Shown here piece after piece: positions 10,356 through 18,360 of a stretch of 64,000 nucleotides of DNA. Every line of letters starts with the position of its first letter. The first letter of the stretch is position 1. This DNA comes from Desulfomicrobium sp. GTDB lineage: Bacteria > Desulfobacterota > Desulfovibrionia > Desulfovibrionales > Desulfomicrobiaceae. Both the position numbers and the translations under genes were made by a program. The DNA is taken from the NCBI GenBank assembly GCA_040768745.1, contig JAXGMI010000001.1:608001-672000 (forward strand). The letters are read 5' to 3'. The notes under the pieces were generated by a model, which saw only the letters and a list, made by a program, of their open reading frames with translations, ran no database searches and was not told the origin of the DNA.

Positions 10356-11163
10356 GGGCACCCTCACGGACACGGCAGCGCTGACAGAGGTCTTCGGGGG
10401 AAAGATTGTGGAGTTCGTCCAGAACATGGATCTGGAACGTGCCCGGCCCGCTCGCTTTTTTCCCGGCCAGTTCCCCTGCGACCCCCAAAAAAGCCAGAGC
10501 CGTGGCTGCGGCGGTCACAGGGTCGGGGTCCACGGCATGGAAGGCCCCGACCAGGGCGGAGGCCGAACAGCCCATACCTGTAACGCAGGACATGAGTTCA
10601 TGCCCGCCCTCGACCAGGAAGGTCCGGAAGCCATCGGTGACCAGATCCGTGGGCCCGGTGATGGCCAGGGTCACGCCCAGCTCGCGGGCCAGAGCCCCTG
10701 CGACCTTGGCCGCGTCTGCAACCGAATGCATGGCATCTACGCCCTTGGTCTGGGTTCCCTGGCCAGCCAGGGACAGGATTTCCGAGGCATTGCCACGCAC
10801 CACGCTGACCCTGGTTTGACCCAGGATGGATTTGGCCGCCCTGGTGCGCAGAGGCGTGGCCCCGGAGCCGACGGGATCAAGGACGATGGGCTTGCCGAGT
10901 TCCGTTGCCTTGCGGCCAGCCTTGAGCATGGACGCAACCCAGACGTCGGTCAGGGTGCCGATGTTCAGGACCAGGGCGGAGGCCATGGCGGCCATGTCCT
11001 CGACCTCGTTGTCCGCATGGGCCATGACCGGGGACGCGCCGCAGGCCAGAAGGGCGTTGGCGCTGTAGTTCATGACCACGAAGTTGGTGATGCTGTGGAC
11101 CAGTGGCCTGGTTCGCCGGATGGCAGACAGGTTCTCGGCGGCTTTGCGGGCAAGATTCGACAC
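10348..11163 (-). CDS. thiM: Hydroxyethylthiazole kinase
   Basis: PLVHSITNFVVMNYSANALLACGASPVMA, RGNASEI and VTGMGC motifs; GTG start with GAGG RBS. Confidence 0.95.
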   Translation of the reverse strand: MSNLARKAAENLSAIRRTRPLVHSITNFVVMNYSANALLACGASPVMAHADNEVEDMAAMASALVLNIGTLTDVWVASMLKAGRKATELGKPIVLDPVGSGATPLRTRAAKSILGQTRVSVVRGNASEILSLAGQGTQTKGVDAMHSVADAAKVAGALARELGVTLAITGPTDLVTDGFRTFLVEGGHELMSCVTGMGCSASALVGAFHAVDPDPVTAAATALAFLGVAGELAGKKASGPGTFQIHVLDELHNLSPEDLCQRCRVREGAHA

Positions 11164-11243
11164 ACTGCACCTCTCACTGCAAAAACGATCTGGGGCAGCA
11201 GAGGCGAGGAAAAGAGGATCGGCCGGACAATCCAGCCCCTGTC

Positions 11244-11318
11244 TTGCAATTCCCTTCGCCGGCACGATCCAGATCAGGTTCAACGGGTATCATCTCAGGC
11301 TCCTCGCCACCCCTGCAA
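11244..11318 (-). promoter_or_regulatory. TPP riboswitch
   Basis: Minus strand reads TTGCAGGGGTGGCGAGGAGCCTGAGATGATACCCGTTGAACCTGATCTGGATCGTGCCGGCGAAGGGAATTGCAA, with the CUGAGA and GAACCUGAUC...GCGAAGGGAA THI-box motifs, upstream of thiM. Confidence 0.95.
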
Positions 11319-11395
11319 AACAGATTTTGTCTAGACCTTAGCAGGCCTGACTGTCAATTGATTCTCAAATTACGTCACCCATTTTTTCATCAATA

Positions 11396-11725
11396 TCAAT
11401 TCGTATCGATGGTGACTATCTTCCACCATTGTGCTTTTTTCCTTGCGACAAACGTCGCCCGAAAGGTCTCGCCCTTCCCGGTGTAGTTCCTCACCGTGGC
11501 CAGCGCCCGGTACGTTCTTCCTTCATCGTTTTGGACAACGATATGCGCCTGGAGTGGATTTTTCAAAGTCCCTCCGCTCACTCTACCGCTGACCGTGACT
11601 TGCCCGCCCTTTTGCCAAGCGTGAACATTGGAAAAAACAAATCCATTTGCTTGCCAAATTCCTTCCGCAAAGCTGCTGATTGCCCAAATCAGGAGGGCCA
11701 GCATGGCCGTGCCCGTCATTTTCAT
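11396..11725 (-). CDS. Hypothetical exported protein
   Basis: MKMTGTAMLALLIWAISSFA signal peptide and beta-rich body; lies just outside the left att repeat. Confidence 0.65.
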   Translation of the reverse strand: MKMTGTAMLALLIWAISSFAEGIWQANGFVFSNVHAWQKGGQVTVSGRVSGGTLKNPLQAHIVVQNDEGRTYRALATVRNYTGKGETFRATFVARKKAQWWKIVTIDTN

Positions 11726-12047
11726 CGTGGCGCATCCTTTCAGGTTGAGGCTCCCTCTGAATTCGTATGAAAATAATTTGTTCCTGGATTCATGGCAAAC
11801 GGTCCCGTCTGCCGGGCGACATTTTCTGGCCCTCTGTTTTTCGAACGTACGCCCGCATGGAGGGTTACCCCTCTCTTTGGCTTTTCTCAAGGGCAAAGGG
11901 CTCTTTCTACTTCTCACCTGCGCTCGTTGTCTTTGGTTCCAGGGAATCCTTGCTCTCCCTGAATCCGATGTGCCACTTGACGAGCATTTTTTTATTCTTC
12001 CCTATTTGCCTGATTCAAAAAGGTTAAATCAGAACAGCGTACCAGGT

Positions 12048-12091
12048 AAAAAAAGGTTCCGGCAAGTTGCACACTTGCCGGAACCTTTTTT
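12048..12091. terminator. Bidirectional intrinsic terminator (original host terminator of tRNA-Arg)
   Basis: AAAAAAAGGTTCCGGCAAG-TTGCACA-CTTGCCGGAACCTTTTTT long inverted repeat with A/T tails. Confidence 0.8.
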
Positions 12092-12142
12092 GAATCTGGT
12101 GCCCCCACCATGACTCGAACATGGGCAAACCAGGATTAGGAA
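12079..12142. repeat. Prophage att repeat, left copy (displaced 3' half of tRNA-Arg)
   Basis: 64 bp identical to 20992-21055 (CGGAACC...CAGGATTAGGAA); identity ends in the anticodon loop. Confidence 0.95.
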
Positions 12143-12235
12143 CCGTCAAGGAATACGGGGAACAGCCAGACACCTTCCGGATTATGTCGGATTTAAGTAC
12201 TTTTTCATGCGAAAAAGTGGCGTTCTGGGTGGCGT

Positions 12236-12823
12236 CTATAGGTCCAATTTTTCGTCATTCTTCCAAAAATTCACTGTTAGGAGGGTGGTTTTTCCGTCCT
12301 TGATTATTTTTGCGATGTAGGTTCCTCGTTTGAGGGATATTTTTTCCGTTTTATTTCCGTTTATTATGTACGGCCCATATTTATTGTTTGTATTTTGATC
12401 AACGAACCAGACTGTTGTTTTTTCTTTCGTAGATACTATTAGTACGTCTTCTTCAGGATGCGTTTTTTTTGATTCAAACGATTTTATAGTTGTATTTAAA
12501 TTTATTGTATTTTCTTCATCTTCTTTTGTTAATCTGTAAATTTCGTTTGATATTGGTCTGCTATTGGTGATTACAATTTGGCCAACATAGTAAACAACGA
12601 ACATAACAGCCATTGCCACAGGGACGCCTAAAAGAAACCCGTTCTTATAAGATGGACGCCATCGTGTGATTCTCCAAGCATTTAAGTTTTCATTCTCTTT
12701 TCTTTTTTTCTCATTAATTACTTCAAGTGCGGAATATAGAGTGCCGCACTTGCAGCAGTATTCAGGAAAAAATTTCAGTTCTTCTTTACTCGGCCTGTGA
12801 TGGCATTGTGGGCAAGTTTTCAT
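12236..12823 (-). CDS. Prophage cargo: zinc-ribbon plus single-TM protein
   Basis: CPQC...CCKC N-terminus, TM FLLGVPVAMAVMFVVYYVG and a soluble C-terminal domain; very AT-rich; overlaps the repressor 3' end. Confidence 0.7.
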   Translation of the reverse strand: MKTCPQCHHRPSKEELKFFPEYCCKCGTLYSALEVINEKKRKENENLNAWRITRWRPSYKNGFLLGVPVAMAVMFVVYYVGQIVITNSRPISNEIYRLTKEDEENTINLNTTIKSFESKKTHPEEDVLIVSTKEKTTVWFVDQNTNNKYGPYIINGNKTEKISLKRGTYIAKIIKDGKTTLLTVNFWKNDEKLDL

Positions 12824-13184
12824 TTTTGTCATTCTCACGAAGCAATTTTTCTAATAATTCTTCCCGTTGAGCTTGTTGAAGAAGACTGTTTTGAGCTTTT
12901 TCAGATAGCCTATCTGCGATCTTTCCAATTTTCAACGCCGTTGGGCTTTGTATGACAGTGTTTGTTTCTCCGGTCAGTAGCCACATAGGATCAACCCCGA
13001 ATTTTTCAATTAACGCAATGATTGTTTTAGATCTCGGTTCAGCCTGTTTGTTTTCCAACCTGCTCCACGCTGGTTGAGACATTCCTAAGGCTTCAGCAAA
13101 ACGATTTGTAGATAACCCGCTTTTTTCACGAGTTATTTTCAGTCTTTCCGCTATTGAATATTTAATGTTTTTTGGTATTGACAT
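12786..13184 (-). CDS. XRE-family HTH repressor of the prophage
   Basis: IAERLKITREKSGLSTNRFAEALGMSQPAWSRLE...GVDPMWLLTGE; transcribed divergently from the structural genes. Confidence 0.9.
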   Translation of the reverse strand: MSIPKNIKYSIAERLKITREKSGLSTNRFAEALGMSQPAWSRLENKQAEPRSKTIIALIEKFGVDPMWLLTGETNTVIQSPTALKIGKIADRLSEKAQNSLLQQAQREELLEKLLRENDKNENLPTMPSQAE

Positions 13185-13407
13185 GATGCTCAAAAATCAA
13201 TTATTAAATAATCAAAGTTTTTGAATTAATATTCGTAGTTGCTGATAGGCTCTTTTTTTTGGCCAGAATAATGCTTAAAAGTATCAAATTGAGTACTAAA
13301 GTTAGTGAATATTAAGATTTTTCAAGCGGCTGTTGTCGGACTTTTTGACCTTTCTGCCGACTTTTCGAGATTCAAGACCACCTTACCAAAAAATCGGAGA
13401 TCAAGCC

Positions 13408-13707
13408 ATGAACCAGCATCAATTTCCCCCAACTGAGAAGGCTTTTTTTTGTACTGTATGCGGGACCAAGGAAGTTGAGTTGTATTCAGATCTTATTCAA
13501 GGGATTTTAGACAATTCTTATCCAGTAACAGGTGAAGTGTATGTCGAGCAGCCACAAATGTGTATAGGAACGGAAATTTTTTACATTTATATAAAGTTTT
13601 TTCCCAACAAAGAAGAATATCAAAATATTGAGCTTTGCAAAACACATATTAAAGTCTGTTTACAATTTAATCATATCAATCTTCTCAAACAACAACTTGG
13701 CATGTAG
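13408..13707 (+). CDS. Prophage hypothetical protein (CxxC, CxxH)
   Basis: GGAGA RBS; FCTVCG and LCKTH motifs; first gene of the rightward unit. Confidence 0.6.
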   Translation: MNQHQFPPTEKAFFCTVCGTKEVELYSDLIQGILDNSYPVTGEVYVEQPQMCIGTEIFYIYIKFFPNKEEYQNIELCKTHIKVCLQFNHINLLKQQLGM

Positions 13708-13719
13708 GAGGAACAACCC

Positions 13720-14004
13720 ATGCAAAACGGTCTCATTTTCTGCGGTGCATTACTCGGCAAAAGTCACATTAAGTGGGGTGCTAAAGCTGACCGAAAGGAA
13801 GGAGAAATGCTTAACCTGTACATATGCCCGAAGGCTTCCAATGGTTCTTTGGATGCCAAGCCCGAGGAGGTGATGGTTTCTACGGATCTTATATCGGATG
13901 TTGAGCGCAGGCTTCTTACAATGAAGCAGTTCGACATTGTGTTTCTTCAGGTCGAAAAGCAGCGTGAACGACTCGTTTTCAAACAGTTTCTTGATCTGAA
14001 ATAG
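13720..14004 (+). CDS. Putative ssDNA-binding protein (pV-like)
   Basis: 94 aa, AGGAGG RBS, alternating beta-strand pattern, immediately before the small coat genes; function inferred from synteny. Confidence 0.55.
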   Translation: MQNGLIFCGALLGKSHIKWGAKADRKEGEMLNLYICPKASNGSLDAKPEEVMVSTDLISDVERRLLTMKQFDIVFLQVEKQRERLVFKQFLDLK

Positions 14005-14012
14005 GTGCTATC

Positions 14013-14147
14013 ATGTTGGATTGGTTAATTGAAATCTGGCCCTGGTTTGATCCTGACGCTTTTAACATCGGCGCGGCTGTTGTCATCGCGTGGTGGTTTA
14101 CCGGCGTTACCATTGGTTGGCTTTTCGATCTGATCCGTAAGTCATAG
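14013..14147 (+). CDS. Small hydrophobic protein, minor coat (pVII-like), 44 aa
   Basis: MLDWLIEIWPWFDPDAFNIGAAVVIAWWFTGVTIGWLFDLIRKS; AGGTG RBS; below the ORF-track cutoff. Confidence 0.7.
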   Translation: MLDWLIEIWPWFDPDAFNIGAAVVIAWWFTGVTIGWLFDLIRKS

Positions 14148-14157
14148 GTGAAAAAGC

Positions 14158-14235
14158 ATGTCGCGGCGCTTTTATCATAATATGTTGGCCATTCTGGCCG
14201 TGGTCCTGATCCTTTCAACCCTTTTCCTCTTATGA
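14158..14235 (+). CDS. Small hydrophobic protein, minor coat (pIX-like), 25 aa
   Basis: MSRRFYHNMLAILAVVLILSTLFLL; AGGTG RBS; fills the gap before the major coat gene. Confidence 0.5.
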   Translation: MSRRFYHNMLAILAVVLILSTLFLL

Positions 14236-14244
14236 GGTGTTACC

Positions 14245-14448
14245 ATGTTCAAACGTATTGCTTCCATCGTCGCTGGCGTTTCTGGTGCTGTCCTGGCAGC
14301 TGTCCCCGCTATGGCCGTATCTATTATCGACGTTACAGACATGACCCCTGATGTTTCCATGGTCGGAACTCTCGGCGGTGCTATCTGTACCGGTTTGCTG
14401 GGCATCTGGGGCGTTCGCAAGGTTATTAAGTTGGTTAACCGAAGCTAG
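14245..14448 (+). CDS. Major coat protein (pVIII/CoaB-like)
   Basis: Signal peptide ending AMA, acidic N-terminus, one TM (GTLGGAICTGLLGIWGV) and basic C-tail RKVIKLVNRS; GAGGTG RBS. Confidence 0.88.
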   Translation: MFKRIASIVAGVSGAVLAAVPAMAVSIIDVTDMTPDVSMVGTLGGAICTGLLGIWGVRKVIKLVNRS

Positions 14449-14454
14449 TTAGTT

Positions 14455-14490
14455 GGGGCGGGATTGTTGCAGAACTCCCGCCCCTTTTTC
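14455..14490 (+). terminator. Intrinsic terminator after the major coat gene
   Basis: GGGGCGGGA...TCCCGCCCC followed by TTTTT; positionally equivalent to the Ff central terminator after gene VIII. Confidence 0.8.
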
Positions 14491-14510
14491 TTCATAATGC
14501 TGGGGGAGCC

Positions 14511-14627
14511 ATGAATTCAACTACAGAACTTGTCATATACGCCGTGTCGAATCATGGCGCTATTTTTTCAATGTTCCTTGGCGCTCTTTGTTCGTCTTTT
14601 ATGTGTTGGGGGTTTGGCCGTGGATAA
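14511..14627 (+). CDS. Small hydrophobic protein, 38 aa
   Basis: MNSTTELVIYAVSNHGAIFSMFLGALCSSFMCWGFGRG; GGGGAG RBS; stop overlaps the GTG of the next gene. Confidence 0.6.
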   Translation: MNSTTELVIYAVSNHGAIFSMFLGALCSSFMCWGFGRG

Positions 14628-16107
14628 GAGATTGATCAAAATTACATGCCTCTTTCTTATTGCTATAATATCAATCCAGTTCGTTCAGGTAGAAATACAA
14701 AAAGAAAAAGAACGCGAAAACTGGCGACAGTTCCGCCTTTATATGGATGCTCGGAAGTCAGAAGCAAATCCGCTTCTGACTGGTGTTCTGGCTTCTGCTG
14801 CTGCTCCGCATGTGCTGGCTGCTTTGGTCCTCGGCACAAGTGCCTTATGGTGCTGGACTCATGGCGGAAAAGAGGCATGGGTGCAGATGAATCAGGCTAT
14901 TTGTGATGGGGTGGCGGTTACAAAAGAGGCTGTGCAAAAGTGGATTGCTGAGCATAACGGAATAAACACGTCTTCGGGTCCTAGCGATGCTGTCGTTCCG
15001 GTCGGCGGATATGCCCCCCATTACGACGGGTATTCTTACAAGGTTACTAGTTATTCCGGTATTGTAAGTGTGTATTTCACAAACTTTAACGGGAAATCTT
15101 CATTCATACAATCCGGCGCGCTTTATATTAAAATATCCGAAACCGGTATTGATTGGCCGTCTCATAGGTACGTAATCAATCAAAATGATCGCATTCCTAC
15201 ACCTGCGGAATTTAACCCTGCCGACTATCCGCACCTTTTTCAAGGTCCGGCCTTGCTCTCAAATTGCCACGCTGTGGCCGAAAGTAAGCGGGCCCTTTTG
15301 ACTATTCCGGCCCCCACTCCCACGGCTACGGCTCCGGCTGGGGCCTCTTCTGCTCCTCCTGCTGCGATTGTTCCGCCTGTGCATCTGGTGGCCGTGGCCG
15401 CTGATGGGTCAGCTATTGATAACCGTGGCCGCAAATGGCCTCCGCTTCCGGGCGTTATCCCGGATCTGCTGAATCCTCCTTCTTTGGCTCCGGGTGGCTC
15501 TGTGGATGTGCCCCTTGCCCCTGCAGCCCCCGGCGTTGCTCCCGAAACCGTGACCGTGCCTGCTCATATCGGTCAGCCTTTGCTGGATTTGCTGCCAGCA
15601 GGGGCAACAATCAAGCATATCGTACCCGGACAGGGCGTTGTGTATGTGCCTGCTGGCGCTGCCGCCTCGCATCCCGGCATATATCAGCCGCTGCCCCCTG
15701 CCGTAGCAAATAGCCTGCCCGCTACCCTTCCGACTACCGCCGCCCCTGCGGATACCCTGCCGGGTAATCCTACCGCTGAGGCTGAAGCAGATCCCGGAAA
15801 CCCTGCCGACATAGCATTGCCGGACATTCCCGCTTTTGATCCAGAGATGGATTGGGGACAAGAAGAGCCTTGGCCGTGGGATGAGTGGATTTCAATGTTG
15901 CCTTTTATAGACGTATTGGAAGACTCAAGCATTAACCTTTCTGGTGCATCTTCTGTTATTTCCTTTAATTACTCTATGTTAGGGGCTAATAAGACGATTT
16001 CCTATAATTTTTCACAATGGGAAGGTTTGATCAATTCAATGGGTTTTATCATTTATGCATGTTCATGCTGGTATGCTCTACAACTTGCTTTACTAAAGAG
16101 AGATTAA
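14620..16107 (+). CDS. Adsorption/minor coat protein (pIII/CoaA-like)
   Basis: N-terminal hydrophobic segments, long Pro/Ala-rich linker, C-terminal TM anchor (MGFIIYACSCWYALQLALLKRD); lies between pVIII-like and pVI-like genes. Confidence 0.78.
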   Translation: MDKRLIKITCLFLIAIISIQFVQVEIQKEKERENWRQFRLYMDARKSEANPLLTGVLASAAAPHVLAALVLGTSALWCWTHGGKEAWVQMNQAICDGVAVTKEAVQKWIAEHNGINTSSGPSDAVVPVGGYAPHYDGYSYKVTSYSGIVSVYFTNFNGKSSFIQSGALYIKISETGIDWPSHRYVINQNDRIPTPAEFNPADYPHLFQGPALLSNCHAVAESKRALLTIPAPTPTATAPAGASSAPPAAIVPPVHLVAVAADGSAIDNRGRKWPPLPGVIPDLLNPPSLAPGGSVDVPLAPAAPGVAPETVTVPAHIGQPLLDLLPAGATIKHIVPGQGVVYVPAGAAASHPGIYQPLPPAVANSLPATLPTTAAPADTLPGNPTAEAEADPGNPADIALPDIPAFDPEMDWGQEEPWPWDEWISMLPFIDVLEDSSINLSGASSVISFNYSMLGANKTISYNFSQWEGLINSMGFIIYACSCWYALQLALLKRD

Positions 16108-16110
16108 TCC

Positions 16111-16461
16111 ATGCTTGCATTCATTTCTCGGATTATTGGTTGGCTTGCTGCAAAATTTGGTGTTCTTTTTGGTCAAGGTTTTCTAGTTGAGTTAGCCAAA
16201 TGGGCAGCATTTAAGCTGCTTATTACTGCCTTTATTACGGTCGGTATATACATTATTGCTAATAATCTTATTGTCTGGCTCGTGACAACTATTTTGGAGC
16301 AGACAAGTCAATTTGCTTCTCAAGGATCCATGGATTCTCCGGTTATTCAATTAACCGGTCTTGGTGCTTACTTTGCTAATCATTTACGTTTGACCCAGAG
16401 TTTTTCTTTGATTGTTACAGGTTTTACTATTCGTGCTATTCGTCAATTTTTGCCTTTCTGA
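16111..16461 (+). CDS. Minor coat membrane protein (pVI-like)
   Basis: 116-aa hydrophobic protein ending IRAIRQFLPF, directly after the pIII-like gene. Confidence 0.78.
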   Translation: MLAFISRIIGWLAAKFGVLFGQGFLVELAKWAAFKLLITAFITVGIYIIANNLIVWLVTTILEQTSQFASQGSMDSPVIQLTGLGAYFANHLRLTQSFSLIVTGFTIRAIRQFLPF

Positions 16462-16528
16462 AACAAGCTGGACGCCCAAGGTAAAGCCCAGCGTAGTATC
16501 AATGTACAAAACGAATCGAGGATCTAAT

Positions 16529-16894
16529 ATGAACCTGCACAAGCTCAAAAAAATGATAAAAAAGCCTGAACCATGGGTAAACATCCATATGGAAACATTT
16601 TATCAACTGTGCATGTTTTATTGTGAAAATGCAGAACAAAAAGATGCATTTGCATTTATAACTAAAATGAACAAAATATCACAGCAAGATATATCAGATA
16701 CAAGGCCTCACACCGTTTTAGAGCATTTGAAAATATACCACGAATTGGTTAAATTCTACAAAGAGAATGCCGATCCTCTTGAGGTTCAAAAACTCCAATG
16801 CCTGATTTTAAGCCATATCCGACGGCTGGAAAAAAGCAAAAACGACCTGGCCAAGTCTCTCGAACGGCATGAACAGCACTTTTTTGTTTTTTGA
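16529..16894 (+). CDS. Prophage cargo: orphan alpha-helical protein, 121 aa
   Basis: GAGG RBS; A-rich rather than T-rich; sits between pVI-like and zot. Confidence 0.65.
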   Translation: MNLHKLKKMIKKPEPWVNIHMETFYQLCMFYCENAEQKDAFAFITKMNKISQQDISDTRPHTVLEHLKIYHELVKFYKENADPLEVQKLQCLILSHIRRLEKSKNDLAKSLERHEQHFFVF

Positions 16895-17058
16895 TTTTGA
16901 GTTTTCACCCCATCCCCCTTCACCTCCCTTGAGGGGCGGGGGGGTGAAAACTTTCTCTTTGACACGGTTTATCACGAGCTTTGATTTGCAAAGCCAGTGC
17001 CACATGGGTTTATGTGGCTCGGGTTTGCAATCAAAGCGAACCTCTATGCGGGGAGCCT

Positions 17059-18360
17059 ATGTCTATTGAAATTTTGACTGGAGTTCCAGGATCTGGAAAA
17101 ACTTACTTCGCTGTTTCTCGTATCCAAAAGCTACTTACCCTTGAAACCCGGTTTTTGATTTTGCACAACATCGAAGGTCTTTATCCTTCAGATAATCGTT
17201 GTATCTCTAAGGATTGGCTTACCGATGATTTTAACGCCTCTGTCATGGCTGATTATCTTCGGAAGCTTCGGACTGAGTACGAACTAACCTCGGAAGATCC
17301 CATTTACCTATTTATTGACGAAGCACAGCGTTTCTTTCCTCCTGAACTTAAAGATCCCCAAGTTCTATACTTCTTTGATTATCACCGTCACTTTGGCGTG
17401 AATATTGTGCTTATCACGCAACATGAAAAGAAACTTACTTACAAGATCACGACTCTTGCAGAAGTCGAGATTCGCGCCGTTAATTCACGTGTCAATCCGT
17501 TCTCCTCGTTCGTCTATAAACTGTCATCTGGCGGTGAACAATACGGTACAGAAAGACTCACTAAAGACTCATCCGTTTTCCGGCTTTATAAATCGTTTCA
17601 TGCCGGCACTGGCAAAAGCACTAAATCTCGATTCCGCTATCTCGCCCTTGCATTGGTAGTTGCTGCTCCTATTGCTTGGTTGATCTTTTTTCGTGTATTT
17701 GCAAAATCCTTCGGCCTCATCGACAATGAATCTTCTTCACAAAGTGTTTCTGCTCCTCTTCCACCAGTAGAACGCCTCCCACTTTCCTCTACCAGGTCTA
17801 ACGCTGAAGCTTTCCGACCTTCTGTAGTCCAGCCTCAGGAGGATATACGCAAAACGGATTACTTCGGTCCTGAAATCAAGGAATATTCCATCAGTCGTGA
17901 CGCACTTCTCATACCCGTAAATGACATTGGCGATGCCTGGATTTCAGTTGCCCAATTTGTCGAAAAATATCCTCCTCATCTTTATGGTTATGGTTACTTC
18001 CACGCACCAAATAAGCGTTTTGTTCTTCTCTCCGCGACCAATCAGGATCTGATTTTCCCGGTCAAGAATCCAGTTTTTGTACGCTCCTTCATACGTTCTG
18101 AACCTCCTATACCTTCTGATCCGCAACGCCCACCATACCCGATTTATTTTTTGAACATGACTAATCTGCCTGACAAGTACGGCTACACGCGTACCGACTA
18201 CGAACGTGTTTTCCTACAGCAGCGTGGTTTTCAGCATGAGATTGATATGAAACCTGCCGAAACGCCGCCAAGCCCCGGCGAGGAAACGCAGCCGGGCGCG
18301 CAGGCGGGGGCGGCCCCGTCGCCCGTGAATGGGACCTCCCCCAGTTCTAACAGGGGGTGA
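17059..18360 (+). CDS. zot: Zot-like / pI morphogenesis ATPase
   Basis: ILTGVPGSGKTY (Walker A), LFIDEAQRFFP (Walker B), YHRHFGVNIVLITQ, then a TM segment and a periplasmic tail. Confidence 0.93.
   Translation: MSIEILTGVPGSGKTYFAVSRIQKLLTLETRFLILHNIEGLYPSDNRCISKDWLTDDFNASVMADYLRKLRTEYELTSEDPIYLFIDEAQRFFPPELKDPQVLYFFDYHRHFGVNIVLITQHEKKLTYKITTLAEVEIRAVNSRVNPFSSFVYKLSSGGEQYGTERLTKDSSVFRLYKSFHAGTGKSTKSRFRYLALALVVAAPIAWLIFFRVFAKSFGLIDNESSSQSVSAPLPPVERLPLSSTRSNAEAFRPSVVQPQEDIRKTDYFGPEIKEYSISRDALLIPVNDIGDAWISVAQFVEKYPPHLYGYGYFHAPNKRFVLLSATNQDLIFPVKNPVFVRSFIRSEPPIPSDPQRPPYPIYFLNMTNLPDKYGYTRTDYERVFLQQRGFQHEIDMKPAETPPSPGEETQPGAQAGAAPSPVNGTSPSSNRG
18338..18357 (+). other. Putative rolling-circle double-strand origin (nick hairpin)
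   Basis: CCCCC-AGTTCTAACA-GGGGG just upstream of a Rep_trans-type initiator; resembles the CTAAC/CTAAT-loop GC-stem nick sites of pT181/ICEBs1-type enzymes. Confidence 0.65.

Noticed and set aside
11396..11725. Exported protein as prophage cargo
   Set aside because: Lies outside the left att repeat and the host terminator.
11790..11830. c-di-GMP-I riboswitch suggested by GGCAAAC (also near 4872)
   Set aside because: Lacks the downstream GAAA tetraloop and GACGCAAAG elements, and is on the wrong strand for the adjacent gene.
12097..12142. Second tRNA gene
   Set aside because: Only the 3' half up to the anticodon loop is present; it is the att duplication.
14530..14619. Upstream start of the pIII-like gene as given in the ORF track
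   Set aside because: TTG start with no RBS, overlapping a better-supported 38-aa ORF; GTG at 14620 preferred.
14620..16107. Diversity-generating retroelement or invertible cassette acting on the adhesin
   Set aside because: No reverse transcriptase, invertase or template/variable repeat pair seen in the window.
17059..18360. Zot as an enterotoxin or virulence factor
   Set aside because: Motifs and synteny indicate the phage assembly ATPase; nothing in the sequence supports toxin activity.
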